Positions 1-10,432 of a stretch of DNA of 64,000 nt are shown piece after piece. Within the stretch, counting starts at the first letter, position 1; every line of letters starts with the position of its first letter. Source of the stretch: an uncultured Thermoplasmata archaeon (GTDB lineage Archaea > Thermoplasmatota > Thermoplasmata > Lutacidiplasmatales > UBA184); the NCBI GenBank assembly GCA_963809035.1, contig CAWEHV010000002.1, positions 1,312,113 to 1,376,112 on the forward strand, written 5' to 3'. The notes beneath the pieces are model-generated. The model ran no database searches, was not told the origin of the DNA, and saw only the letters and a list, made by a program, of their open reading frames with translations. Made by a program: the position numbers and the translations under genes.

Positions 1-101
1 GCTATCTCCGACGTTAGAGGCTCCCGCAGCGGGACTGCGCGGACTTCGGGCCATCGGCCCCAACACGCGCCTCGCCGGGTCGCCTGATCCTCGAGTTTGG
101 G

Positions 102-3100
102 TTGGGGATATACGTCTGCGAACGATTGCGCTCGGCCAAAGGGGGTGGAATGCGCGCATCAATCACGATTGTTCTCGCATGCGTGGTATTGCTTTCGGGA
201 CTGGCTGTCGGCCAGTCCTTCGTAGATCCGGAACCAGCCCCTACGACCACGTTCGCAGCGAGCCTGGCTCCTCCCACCCTGGGGGCTGCCGTCTCTGAGT
301 CTTTCTCGGCAAGCACGTCCGGCACGACGTCGGCAATCCCCGTTTCCTCAGGGGACGCCGTCTACGTCTTCGTGTCCCAAAACGGTACCATCGGAACCCC
401 CTCGGTGAAGGCCTCCTCCACCCTACCATTCGTCCAGAGAGGTCAGGGCGCTCGCGGTACCTTCCTCCGCACCACTCTCTTCGAGGCCGACAACGTACCG
501 GCTTCACCCAGTCTGACGGTCACGGTCAGCTTCACCGAGGCGCAGACGTTCGCAGTCGCGGTGGTCGACCTCGTCGGAGGCGGGGCCTCCCCCAATGACA
601 CGGTCGGAGGATTCGCCACCGGCGGATCCGGACCCGGTGCCCAGCCCAAGGTGAATACGACCGTTGCCAACGACCTCGTCCTCGGGGTGATCGGCGACAC
701 CTACAACGGGCCCGTGACGGGATATGAGGGGTCCACCACGGTGACCAGCACTTCGGTCGGCTCGCCCGCGGTGATCACGCTCGGTGTGGTAAGTCAGACC
801 GATCCGACCACGGGCTGGTTCACCATCTGGGGCAACATGGGAACGAAGACCACCAGCTCGGCATCGTTCGCCATCGCGATCAAGACGCAAGGCATCGTGC
901 CGCCTCCGACTTTGTACTCGGTCAGCGTCGACCCGAGCGGCCTTCCCTCGGGTACGAGCTGGTCCCTCACCCTCGGAGGGACTCTTGGGTCCAATCTCGC
1001 TCCGGGAGCAATTATTTTCAGCGAGCCCAATGGGACGTATTTCTACACTGTGTGGACGGTCCCCGGTTATGAGGTCACTCAGAGCTCCGGCAGTGTCACG
1101 GTCGCCGGGGCCAACCCTTCAACCGTCGATATACAATTCGCGACGTTTCCGCCCAACTCGAAGTCCATCCAGCATGTGGTCGTGATCATGCTGGAGAACG
1201 AGAATTCATCTTCAGTGTGGAGCAAGACGTCGGGGGGATTCTACGAACAGTACCTCGCATCCCACTATGGTAACGCTACCGACTTTTACGCCGCGTGCCA
1301 CGACTCCGCCCCGAATTACATGGCGGTCACGGGTGGCAGCACGAACAATGAGTGTGTGGAAGCGAAACAAACGGGAATCTCTTCGGGCCGGAACATTGGC
1401 GACCTGATGCAGGCGGCCGGATTGAGCTGGGACGAGTACATGGAATCTCTGCCCCCCACTTCCACGATTCCCTGCAACACGTCCACCGGCATCACCAATT
1501 ACTACAACGGGGGGCACAACCCATTCATTGAGTACTCTGACGTAGTGAACCCCCTCTCCGTATGCGAAAACCACGTGTTCAGCAGCCAGGAGTTCAACGC
1601 CAGCCTCGAACACGGGAAGCTCGGTAACTATTCCCTCTACATCCCGAACGATTTCGACGATGGTCACACTACCGCCTATGGGGTCTTGGGGAACCTCTCG
1701 AATGGGGACGCGTGGCTCAAGGGCTTCCTTGGGCCCATCCTGAACGGCACCGAGAACGCTAGCGGCACCGGAAATTATGGGCTCCAGGCGACCCGGAACG
1801 AAGTCGCCCACACGGCGTTCTTTATCCTTTACGATGAGGGGAAGTCGGCCAGCTACACGGGGTACATTTCCGGTCCTCCCCTCCCGGCTTGTGAGGGAAT
1901 CAGCTCCCCACCGGACGCGAGCGTCTGTGGAGGGCAGACCTACATGAGCGTGGTCAGCCCGTACTCCCTCGGGACGACCTGGACCCAGGACGCGACCCAG
2001 TACAGCGTGGAGTCCACGATCGAGTGGCTCTTCGGCTTGGGGAGCGACGGCGGGAATGACAGCACACCCTACTTCCCCCCCCTGACCGGCTTGTTCGCGT
2101 TCCAGTCGAATGGGTTCGGGTCCAACGTTACGTTCGAAGAATCGGGTCTACCGACGGGGACCAACTGGTCGGTGACCCTGGGGGGCGTCTCGCAAAGCGC
2201 GAAGGCGTCGGAGGGCTCTCACACCTCGTCCATCGTCTTCGTCGAACCGAACGGGACCTACCAGTATTCGGTCGGGCCGGCGGGGGGGTTCATGGCGAGC
2301 CCTTCGAGCGGTCAGGTGACGGTGAACGGAGCGAGCAAGTCCGTCTTCGAGACTTATGCTCTGCCCTATTCGGTCACCTTTACGGAAACAGGGTTGGCTT
2401 CCGGCACGACCTGGAACGTGACGATGGGCTCCACCGTGGGGCACGCGGATTCGCCCACCAGTATCGTCTTCCCCGTATCGAACGGCACCTATCCCTTCAC
2501 CGTGGGTCCGATCCTCGGCTACTCCGTGGCTCCGGGCTCCGGGAACGCGGTGGTGAGCGGGTCCTCGATCACGTACCCGATCACCTTCACCGCGATCACC
2601 TATCCGGCGACGTTCACCGAGAGTGGCCTACCGTCGGGCCGGACGTTTCAGGTGACGGTCAACGGCAACACGATGAGTCTCACCACGGACGGGTCGACCG
2701 ATACGCTGACTTTCACCGGCCTTGCGAACGGGAGCTATCCCTACACGATCACGGGCAACTCGGGATGGTACCAGTCAACTCTTGCCTACACCGGGACAGT
2801 CGTGGTGATAGGCGGAGCGCTCACCGAGCCCACCCTGGTCTACACGCAGGTGACGTATTCCGTGGTCTTCTCCGAGAGCGGCTTGCCGTCGGGCCAGACG
2901 TTCCAAGTCACGGTTAACGGCAGCGCGCAGGAACTTACGACGGATGGGGCGACGGACCCACTGACATTCACCGGTCTTGTGAATGGTACCTACCCCTATT
3001 CCGTCACGGGGATCGCGGGATGGTACCAATCCTCCATGCCTTCCACCGGAACCGTACCGGTGGCGGGCGGTTCGGTCACCGAGCCTACCCTCGCCTACAG

Positions 3101-5123
3101 CCCGCTGGAGACCTTTTCGGCCGTGTTCTCGGAGAGTGGCTTGCCGTCAGGTCAGACGTTCCAGGTCACGGTCAACGGCGTGCCGATGAGCCTTACGACG
3201 GACGGAGGGACAGATACGCTGACGTTCCCCGGCCTGACGAACGGGACCTACTCATACACGGTCACCAGCGACCCCGGATGGTACCAGTCCACTCTAACCT
3301 ACACTGGATCCGTTGTGGTGGATGGCACGGCCGTCATCGAACCGACCCTGGTCTACACCCTAGTGACGTACTCGGTGGCGTTCTCGGAGGCCGGGCTTCC
3401 CTCCGGACTCACGTGGAACGTTTTGGTCAACGGCGTGAGCGAGTATCTCACGACCGACGGCGGCACCGATAGCCTCACCTGGACGGGCTTAGCGAACGGG
3501 ACCTTCTCGTACACTATCACCGGCAACTCGGGGTGGTCCCAGCTCGTTCTACCCTACAGTGGAACGCTCACGATCAGTGGCGCACCCGTCACCGAACCAA
3601 CCCTCGTGTATGCGCAGGTGACGTATTCCGTAGTGTTCTCCGAGAGCGGCCTGCCGTCCGGCCTGACGTTCCAGGTGACGCTCAACAGTGCGGCAGAGAG
3701 CGTGACGACGAACGGAGGGACGGATTCGCTGACTTTCACGGGCCTTGCGAACGGCACGTATAGCTACACGATCGCGGGGATCTCGGGGTGGTACCAGCCG
3801 ACCCTCCCCTACACCGGGACGGTCGTGGTGAGTGGGGGGGCGGTCGCCGAGCCGACCCTTGTTTACGCGCAAGTGACCTATTCGGTGGTCTTCTCGGAAA
3901 GTGGCCTACCGTCCGGACAGGCGTACCAGGTGATGGTCAACGGTGTGGCGAAGAGCCTCACGACCGACGGCGGCACGGACAGTCTCACGTGGGCGGGCCT
4001 GGCGAACGGGACCTATCCCTATACGATCACCGGCGACGCGGGCTGGCACCAGAGCACCCTCGCGTACGGTGGGAACGTCGTGGTGAACGGCCTAACGGTG
4101 ACGGAGCCGACGCTCGTCTACAACCAGGTAACGTACTCGGTGATGTTCTCGGAGCGCGGACTTCCCTCTGGTCTCATGTGGACCGTGACGGTCAACAGTA
4201 TGCCGGAATCCCTTACGACCGACGGCGGCACGGACAGTCTCACGTGGACGGACCTGGCCAATGGGAGCTACGTCTACACGGTCTCTGGCAACGCGGGCTG
4301 GCACCAGAGCACCCTCCCGTACAGTGGGAACGTCGTGGTGAACGGCTTGTCGGTGACGGAGCCGACACTCGCCTACAACCAGGTGACGTACTCGGTGAAG
4401 TTCTCGGAGAGCGGACTTCCATCCGGTCTGACGTGGGCCGTGACGGTCAACAGTTTGCCGAAATCCCTTACGACCGACGGCGGCACGGACAGTCTCACAT
4501 GGACGGGCCTGGCCAACGGGACTTATCCCTACACGATCACCGGCAACGCGGGCTGGCACCAAACAAAGCTGAGCTACAGTGGAACACAAACGATCAACGG
4601 CGGGTCGGTGACCAAGTCGACGCTCGTCTACTCCCAGGTGACGTACTCGGTGAAGTTCTCCGAGAGCGGACTCAAGTCCGGACTCACGTGGAAGGTGAAG
4701 GTGAACGGCGTGACGAAGTCCCTGACGACCAGCAGCGGCACCAACACCCTCACCTGGACCGGCCTCGCGAACGGGACCTACAGCTACTCGATCACGGACA
4801 ACTCCGGCTGGCACCAAACCACGCTGGCCTACAGCGGCTCGCTGACCGTGAACGGCGCCACGGTAACCGAGCCGAAGCTCGTCTACTCCCAGGTGACGTA
4901 CTCGGTGACCTTCACCGAGAGCGGACTCCCGTCGGGAACGACGTGGTCGGTCAAGCTGAACGGGGTGACCAAGTCCTCGACCGGCCCTTCGATCGTCTTC
5001 ACGGAACCGAACGGGACGTTCAGCTATACGGTAGGGCACGTGGCAGGCTACACCGCTAGCCCATCGTCCGGGTCGGTGACGGTAAGCGGAGCTTCGGCCG
5101 CGGTCAGCGTGCAGTACAGCTGA
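102..5123 (+). CDS. Giant secreted protein: signal peptide + phosphoesterase (phospholipase C / acid phosphatase AcpA family) domain + ~24 tandem ~90-aa 'FxESGLPSGxTW' repeats; likely true start at M17 (nt 150)
   Basis: N-terminus 'MRASITIVLACVVLLSGLAVG' is a signal peptide. 'IQHVVVIMLENENSS', 'NDFDDGHT' and 'YDEGKSASY' match the conserved HVVxxMxENRSFD / NDxHP / DEGGG blocks of the phosphoesterase family. These are followed by ~24 tandem repeats 'VTYSVxFSESGLPSGxTWxVTVNG..TDGGTDSLTWTGLANGTY.YTI.G..GW.QSTL.Y.G.V.V.G..VTEPTLVY'. Numerous N-x-S/T sequons. No C-terminal TM. Confidence 0.75.
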   Translation: MGIYVCERLRSAKGGGMRASITIVLACVVLLSGLAVGQSFVDPEPAPTTTFAASLAPPTLGAAVSESFSASTSGTTSAIPVSSGDAVYVFVSQNGTIGTPSVKASSTLPFVQRGQGARGTFLRTTLFEADNVPASPSLTVTVSFTEAQTFAVAVVDLVGGGASPNDTVGGFATGGSGPGAQPKVNTTVANDLVLGVIGDTYNGPVTGYEGSTTVTSTSVGSPAVITLGVVSQTDPTTGWFTIWGNMGTKTTSSASFAIAIKTQGIVPPPTLYSVSVDPSGLPSGTSWSLTLGGTLGSNLAPGAIIFSEPNGTYFYTVWTVPGYEVTQSSGSVTVAGANPSTVDIQFATFPPNSKSIQHVVVIMLENENSSSVWSKTSGGFYEQYLASHYGNATDFYAACHDSAPNYMAVTGGSTNNECVEAKQTGISSGRNIGDLMQAAGLSWDEYMESLPPTSTIPCNTSTGITNYYNGGHNPFIEYSDVVNPLSVCENHVFSSQEFNASLEHGKLGNYSLYIPNDFDDGHTTAYGVLGNLSNGDAWLKGFLGPILNGTENASGTGNYGLQATRNEVAHTAFFILYDEGKSASYTGYISGPPLPACEGISSPPDASVCGGQTYMSVVSPYSLGTTWTQDATQYSVESTIEWLFGLGSDGGNDSTPYFPPLTGLFAFQSNGFGSNVTFEESGLPTGTNWSVTLGGVSQSAKASEGSHTSSIVFVEPNGTYQYSVGPAGGFMASPSSGQVTVNGASKSVFETYALPYSVTFTETGLASGTTWNVTMGSTVGHADSPTSIVFPVSNGTYPFTVGPILGYSVAPGSGNAVVSGSSITYPITFTAITYPATFTESGLPSGRTFQVTVNGNTMSLTTDGSTDTLTFTGLANGSYPYTITGNSGWYQSTLAYTGTVVVIGGALTEPTLVYTQVTYSVVFSESGLPSGQTFQVTVNGSAQELTTDGATDPLTFTGLVNGTYPYSVTGIAGWYQSSMPSTGTVPVAGGSVTEPTLAYSPLETFSAVFSESGLPSGQTFQVTVNGVPMSLTTDGGTDTLTFPGLTNGTYSYTVTSDPGWYQSTLTYTGSVVVDGTAVIEPTLVYTLVTYSVAFSEAGLPSGLTWNVLVNGVSEYLTTDGGTDSLTWTGLANGTFSYTITGNSGWSQLVLPYSGTLTISGAPVTEPTLVYAQVTYSVVFSESGLPSGLTFQVTLNSAAESVTTNGGTDSLTFTGLANGTYSYTIAGISGWYQPTLPYTGTVVVSGGAVAEPTLVYAQVTYSVVFSESGLPSGQAYQVMVNGVAKSLTTDGGTDSLTWAGLANGTYPYTITGDAGWHQSTLAYGGNVVVNGLTVTEPTLVYNQVTYSVMFSERGLPSGLMWTVTVNSMPESLTTDGGTDSLTWTDLANGSYVYTVSGNAGWHQSTLPYSGNVVVNGLSVTEPTLAYNQVTYSVKFSESGLPSGLTWAVTVNSLPKSLTTDGGTDSLTWTGLANGTYPYTITGNAGWHQTKLSYSGTQTINGGSVTKSTLVYSQVTYSVKFSESGLKSGLTWKVKVNGVTKSLTTSSGTNTLTWTGLANGTYSYSITDNSGWHQTTLAYSGSLTVNGATVTEPKLVYSQVTYSVTFTESGLPSGTTWSVKLNGVTKSSTGPSIVFTEPNGTFSYTVGHVAGYTASPSSGSVTVSGASAAVSVQYS

Positions 5124-5589
5124 CCCGGCCCACGTCGGGACTGTCCTCCCTCGCAGGAGGCCCAGCGGGCGGCGTAGGACAGGTCAAGCTGAGGGGGCAC
5201 TAAGCGCAAGCCCCCCGTGCGACGACGTTCGCGATGACGAAGCCCGGCTGTATGATGAGCCCGGCGAACGCTCCGACCGAATGGACTGCTCGAGCGCCCT
5301 CATCCGCCGCGCGCAGCCTTCCTCGTACCGTCGACCCTTACCCGCCCGGCCTGATTGGGCGGGATATCGATTACAGCCACCCCGGCTTGGACCCGCTAAA
5401 TGGCTGGGGTATGTGTATGGGGCATTGCAACCACCCCATCTCGAGAGTGACATGTCGGAGGGGGGATTTACTGAATTCTTCAAATCCCCTGGATGGGAGC
5501 TCTGGCAGGGCCGCGTCTTCCAGGAACCGGATCTCTTGGTGGAAGACGCATAGTAAGCTATATGCCAACCCTATGCTGTCCCATAGTCG

Positions 5590-5826
5590 ATGATTACGAC
5601 GATCCAAGTTACGCCGGCCACCCGCGAACGACTTGCCGCGTTGAAAAGTTCCCCTCGAGAGACCTACGATGAGCTCCTGAACAAACTACTGTCTCTGGTC
5701 CCACAGGGAGACGATGAAGGGACGTACACCGATGCGTTTCGCATGGGGCTGCTGAACGCTCGACTTGACATCCGATCGGGCCGCGTGACGGAGCACGAGC
5801 AGATCAAGAAACGGTTGGGCCTCTGA
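5590..5826 (+). CDS. Small antitoxin-like protein (archaeal VapB-like / DUF217-type fold)
   Basis: 78 aa, 'ITTIQVTPATRERLAALKSSPRETYDELLNKLLSL' resembles archaeal 'TIxVSxExxxRLxxLK...SYDDVIxxLL' antitoxins; immediately followed by a RelE-like coding remnant. Confidence 0.5.
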   Translation: MITTIQVTPATRERLAALKSSPRETYDELLNKLLSLVPQGDDEGTYTDAFRMGLLNARLDIRSGRVTEHEQIKKRLGL

Positions 5827-5832
5827 CGCGCA

Positions 5833-6090
5833 CATGGTCGATTAAGTGGTCGGACCTCACCGGGTCGGTACCGCGACCTGCACAGACTGGATCGGACGGC
5901 AGCCCGAGGGGTTGTAACCCGGCTTGAAGCTTCGGCTTTGGACCCAACCCACTATTTCACGAGATTAACGACTTCGGACGAATACAAGCTTCGTATTGGT
6001 GACTACCGCCTCCTGGCGGTGCTCTCTCTCTCAGAACAGACCATTCTGGTCGAACGAGTAGACCATCGGTCGCGAATTTATGACCGCTGA
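5833..6090 (+). pseudogene. RelE/ParE-family toxin remnant (no ATG, apparent frameshift) downstream of antitoxin
   Basis: Frame ending TGA at 6088-6090 encodes '...DEYKLRIGDYRLLAVLSLSEQTILVERVDHRSRIYDR'. This matches the conserved RelE C-terminus (YRLRVGDYRIIY...ILRVGHRKDVY). Another frame gives an N-terminal-like 'WSIKWSDL', with a stop at ~5925; there is no intact ORF with a start codon. Confidence 0.5.
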
Positions 6091-6306
6091 CGGTGATCTC
6101 TTCGCGGGCGGTCCCCTCCGGGCAACCGGTGGACCAGTTGCACCTCCCGGAGCGCTGCCATGCGCGTATTGCCGGGCAATTGCAGGAAGGTCCGTGGTCG
6201 TTCCGGAACGTACTGTGATCTCGTCGGGGGTCATCGGGAGAGGAGGGAAGACCGCGGTCTGTTTCAGGTTTGTCTGATCAACCAAGTATACATTTCAGAA
6301 TCCTTC

Positions 6307-6642
6307 TTAGGGTCTTTCCACGGGCCACTTGGTCGCTCGCCGAGTGGACTCGGAAATGGGCGGACGTGCCGACTGGTCATAATTCAGTTTCATCGCAACC
6401 ATCGTGAGCGACAGCGCCAACGTCGCCGCGTTCGCGAGGATCACCGGTACCGATTGGATCAGGAGGCCGTAAATCAGCCACGTGAATGTACCAACGGAGA
6501 AGGCGAGGAATGCCACTAGCGAAATCTCCTTGGCGCTCTTGAGTCGCCATACTCGCATCACTTGGGGCACAAACGCGCCGGTCGTGCAGAACGCTGCAAT
6601 CAACCCGATTAGAGTAATCCACCAGTCCGCGAGGGCAATCAC
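6307..6642 (-). CDS. SemiSWEET / PQ-loop (MtN3-like) small membrane transporter
   Basis: 111 aa, 3 predicted TM helices, conserved 'FVPQV' PQ-motif after first helix. Confidence 0.55.
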   Translation of the reverse strand: MIALADWWITLIGLIAAFCTTGAFVPQVMRVWRLKSAKEISLVAFLAFSVGTFTWLIYGLLIQSVPVILANAATLALSLTMVAMKLNYDQSARPPISESTRRATKWPVERP

Positions 6643-6802
6643 TCCCCGGTCCAGTCCGGTCAGCAGAAGAGGCTGGCGGGGTCTGCCTTTCCTCAGTGGA
6701 CACCATCAGCGGAGACTCGACATCACGCCGTTGAGTCCGGTTTCATCGTGAGTGCAAGTTCGGTTGCGACCCAGGCCCTGAGAACCGAGCTCTCTCGATA
6801 CC

Positions 6803-7836
6803 TTACTCCAGTTCCCTTCCGGCTCGCTGCTGCTCCTCGGCTCTTCTATCGTAGGGGTAGGTGACCTCTAACTCGCTCGCCTTGTTCAGTACCGCGACCT
6901 GGTCCTTACTGAGCGACCAGCCGGTCGAGCCCAGGTTCTCTGAGAGCTGCTCGAGGGTCCGTGCGCCGATTATCGGAGCGGTAACGGCTGGATGGCTGAG
7001 GACCCAGTTGAGCGCCACTTGCGACATGGTCTTCCCCGCCTCCTGAGCGACCGCCTCGACGGCACGGACGATACGATTCGTTCGGTCGTTCTCGAACCGA
7101 CTCGCATAGAACTCCACGTCTTCGGCGTCGGCGATCCGAGTGCCGCTGGGAGGCTTCCGCACCCCCTCTTGTACTTCCCGGTCAGGAAGCCACCGGCCAG
7201 CGGGCTCCAGGGCAGGACCGCGATATTCTCTGCAAGGCACATGGGAAGGAGCTCGAATTCGGTGGCCCGGGCGTACAGACTGTATTGGGGCTGGAGGCTG
7301 ACGGGTTCATGCCAGCCTCGAGACCGGCACAACTGCAGCGCCTTCTCGAACTGCCAGGCGCGGTAATTGCTGATGCCTACGTACCGGACCGGTCCGTCCT
7401 CTACCAGTCTATTGAGAGTGCCAAACGTCTCTTCCAACGGAGTAAGCGGGTCCCACGCGTGGACCTGCAGGAGATCGATGTAATCGGTCTGCAAGCGGCG
7501 GAGACTCTCGTTGACGGCATGGAGGAGATGCTTTCGGGACAGCCCGACGCGGTTCGCGCCCTCGGCCGTCCGGAACCGGGCCTTGGTCGCCAAGACAATG
7601 TCCTGGCGATCGTGATGGGAAAGCCACTTGCCGATGATCTCTTCGGACTTGCCGGATGAGTAGACATTCGAGGTGTCGAGAAAGTTGCCGCCCGACTCGA
7701 CGAAGCGGTCCAGCACCCGGTGACTGGCCTCCTCCTCGGACTGCCAGCCAAAGGTCATCGTTCCGAGGCAGAGCTCGCTAACGAGAACCCCCGTCCGTCC
7801 CAGTTTCTTCAGCTTCATGCCTCCCCCAAGACTCAT
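6803..7836 (-). pseudogene. Aldo/keto reductase, split into two ORFs (6970-7836 and 6803-7240) by a frameshift near nt ~7190
   Basis: N-terminal ORF has AKR motifs: 'LGRTGVLVSELCLGTMTFG', 'IDLLQVHAWD', 'RYVGISNY', 'WSPLAGGFLTGKY'. C-terminal ORF has 'QVALNWVLSHPAVTAPIIGARTLEQL'. Combined length ~344 aa, matching typical AKRs. Confidence 0.7.
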
Positions 7837-8016
7837 CGAATAATCACCCTTCCCGGGCCCCCGACCTCAGCGAGAGCCCGGCTGTCCGCAAGGCAACTGC
7901 CTGAGGAATCTCTGTCGCCCGAGGGTGGTTGTAAATCACGTTGCACCCACTCTTCCGCCTGACGGCGGTGACCGCCCGGGGGCAACGGTAGCCAAGCTTC
8001 TTGATTCAGGAGGAGT

Positions 8017-8907
8017 TTGCGAATCTGGTTGCTGATGGGGGCGTCGCGAGGTCTACTCTGGCCAATCGTCCGACTGGGCGCAGGGACGGCCCTTGTGGCG
8101 CTGGGTTGCGCAGTCGAGATTGTTGAGGACCAGAACGTCTACACCATTTCTCAGTCGATCTCACTTCCGGCCTTGCTTGCCATCGTCGTGGGATTGGTCC
8201 TCGTGGCAACAGGATACTCCCGGGTGCTTCGATGCACCTACGGGGGCACTCGCAGAATCGCGTTCGGGGTCGGAGTGGCGGCCGGCGCTGCCACATACCT
8301 CATCTCATGGTGGTGGTTGTTGACCTACGGGTTCACTGCCTATCTCGAAGCATCTTCTGTCGGGCTGGTGCTCTTCGGCGGAGCCGCCATGGTGCAGGTC
8401 GGATGTCGGTTCGCGACCGCCCCCAAGTTGAGCTTTACAGATCGCGACGCACAGATTCGAGGGAATGCGCGTCCGTCACCCCTCTTCTTGTCCAGTAGCG
8501 CGCGGACCGCTGTCGCCTGGGCTCTTATCGGAGTGGCTGTCGTGCTCTTAGGCGAGATGACCCTGAATCTTGGGTGGCTCAACAACCAGGCGGCGACAGT
8601 CGATCCGGCCTACCAGTACCTTGCAATCGAAGTCATGGGACCCGCCGCGTGGTGGCTCGCCACAGGTTACTCTGGCCTAATCGACAATCTTTCCCCGCGC
8701 CCCGCACTATGGGTCGGGTTAGGGGGGATAGGGGCCGGTGCCGCCTTCGTGCTTGGGGGGTACGCGTGGTGGTCCGGTTGGTCGCTCTATCCCGAGCTCG
8801 GGCAGGTCATCTTCATCCTGTTGACCATCACCGGCCTGGGCCTTTGCCTCTTCTCCGCCAGTTCGCTCCGACGCCGCACTGCACTTGCCGCGGGCATCGC
8901 GGTGTAG
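8017..8907 (+). CDS. Polytopic membrane protein of unknown function
   Basis: 296 aa, ~8 hydrophobic helices, Trp/Gly-rich loops; no recognisable family motif. Confidence 0.4.
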   Translation: MRIWLLMGASRGLLWPIVRLGAGTALVALGCAVEIVEDQNVYTISQSISLPALLAIVVGLVLVATGYSRVLRCTYGGTRRIAFGVGVAAGAATYLISWWWLLTYGFTAYLEASSVGLVLFGGAAMVQVGCRFATAPKLSFTDRDAQIRGNARPSPLFLSSSARTAVAWALIGVAVVLLGEMTLNLGWLNNQAATVDPAYQYLAIEVMGPAAWWLATGYSGLIDNLSPRPALWVGLGGIGAGAAFVLGGYAWWSGWSLYPELGQVIFILLTITGLGLCLFSASSLRRRTALAAGIAV

Positions 8908-9014
8908 ATCCCTCGACCGCGCAGTCGACCCCCCCATTCACGAGTGATCCGGCCGTCAGCTCCTGGAATATCTCACGAAAGCACCTAAGGTGCAAATCTG
9001 TGGGTGCATCTGAG

Positions 9015-9240
9015 GTTACACCCACCGCCCGGCTCCAAGTGAAACAGTTCGTTGATTGGCAATCGAATACGCTAACGCTAGCAGTTAGTGTGCCAATGGC
9101 CGTTCTGTGCAATGCAACTACTCGAGGAACCTCTGTCGCACAAGAATGGTTGCAACTCCGATTACACCCGCCCCCCGGCGCCAAGCAGAACACTTCGTTC
9201 AACAACGATCGAATACGCTGATGTTAGCAGTCGGTCCGTC
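9015..9240. repeat. Two copies of an ~85-nt direct repeat (9015-9100 and 9155-9240, ~75 % identity) in intergenic DNA at the high-GC/low-GC boundary
   Basis: 'ttacacccaccgcccggctccaagtgaaacagttcgttgattggcaatcgaatacgctaacgctagcagtta...' versus 'ttacacccgccccccggcgccaagcagaacacttcgttcaacaacgatcgaatacgctgatgttagcagtc...'. Confidence 0.6.
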
Positions 9241-9403
9241 GATGGGTGTGTAATGCATTACGCATTCCACAGGAGTCTCGATGGTTGCATCCAGGCCGGG
9301 GCCCTGGCGCAAGATGAGAAGCAACCAACCCGGCTACAAACCGACCAGGGGCCGTCATCCTGAGAAGAACTTAATTCATTGAAACTGGGTCCTCATAGAG
9401 TGA

Positions 9404-10432
9404 ATGGTCGATATCACCGTAATCGTTCTTGCACATGACCGAACGGAATACATAGTCGGGGCCCTCCGGAGCTTACTGCGCCAGACGCTCCCGCGGGATT
9501 CGTTTGAGGTCGTTATCGTCAAGAACTTCGTTCTCGAAGAGGCCGACCGGCTTGCGGCCGAATGTGGATTCAAATCCATACTGGCCGAATCGAAAGCGTA
9601 TGGCGAGAATCTCCTAAAGGGCCTCAACAATTCCTCTGGAGAATTCGTCTGCCTTCTCGATGAGGATGACCTCTTCGTTCCCAAGAAGCTTGAAACGGTT
9701 CTGGGAGAGTTTAGTAAACACCCACGAGTGGGGTCTTGTTCGAATAATTTTGGAATCTCGATAGTAAAGGCGGATACCGTCCAGAGCATTGGGGTCACGG
9801 AGAGCAGATCGTAAGGCCCGCGTTCGAGCTGGTACGATTTTATCTTGGGCCCCCACACCAGCTTCGCCAACTCGCAAAGCTACCTCCGTTGAGCCCTGAC
9901 TTCAATTCGAGTTCGATTACTTTTCGGCGTGATCTTCTCACGACAGCAATGCGCGATGCGATTCGCAAGCTGGATGGGGGCGGAGATACATTCCTGTTTT
10001 ACTGCGCCGTTACATCAAAATTGGAATTGGGTATTGGTTCGGATATTCTGACCCTGTACCGACTTCACTCGGCAAATAGGTCCTCAGGGTTAGGGCCTCC
10101 TGGAAGTGGAGGATGGGTCCGGATTCGCCGGTACCGTACTAACCGTTCAGTTCAGTGGTCGATGCTGGCGAACGGGGCTGTTCGACGCACTCGACGACCC
10201 TTCAGTTGGGCGATCGGTTCGGGCGTTGGCAGCCTATCATGCATTTTACGCCGCAGAGATGGACGCAAGTCCGGCTCGCAAGAGAATCCTAGAATCTGCC
10301 TCTCGACTGACCCAGTTCCGCGACACATATACGGCACAGGTAGCACCCAACGTTCTCCTTCCGACACTTCTGTACCTGACATCACCTCGCATAGCACAAT
10401 GGTTCTCCTTCATTCGGCAAGCTTTGCGATAA
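9404..10432 (+). pseudogene. Family-2 glycosyltransferase broken into >=3 frames (9404-9814, 9889-~10100, 10106-10432)
   Basis: N-terminal fragment 'VDITVIVLAHDRTEYIVGALRSLLRQT...FEVVIVKN...LLDEDDLFVPKKLE' carries GT-A/GT2 motifs including DxD. The ORF stops at 9814 and continues in other frames. Confidence 0.55.
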
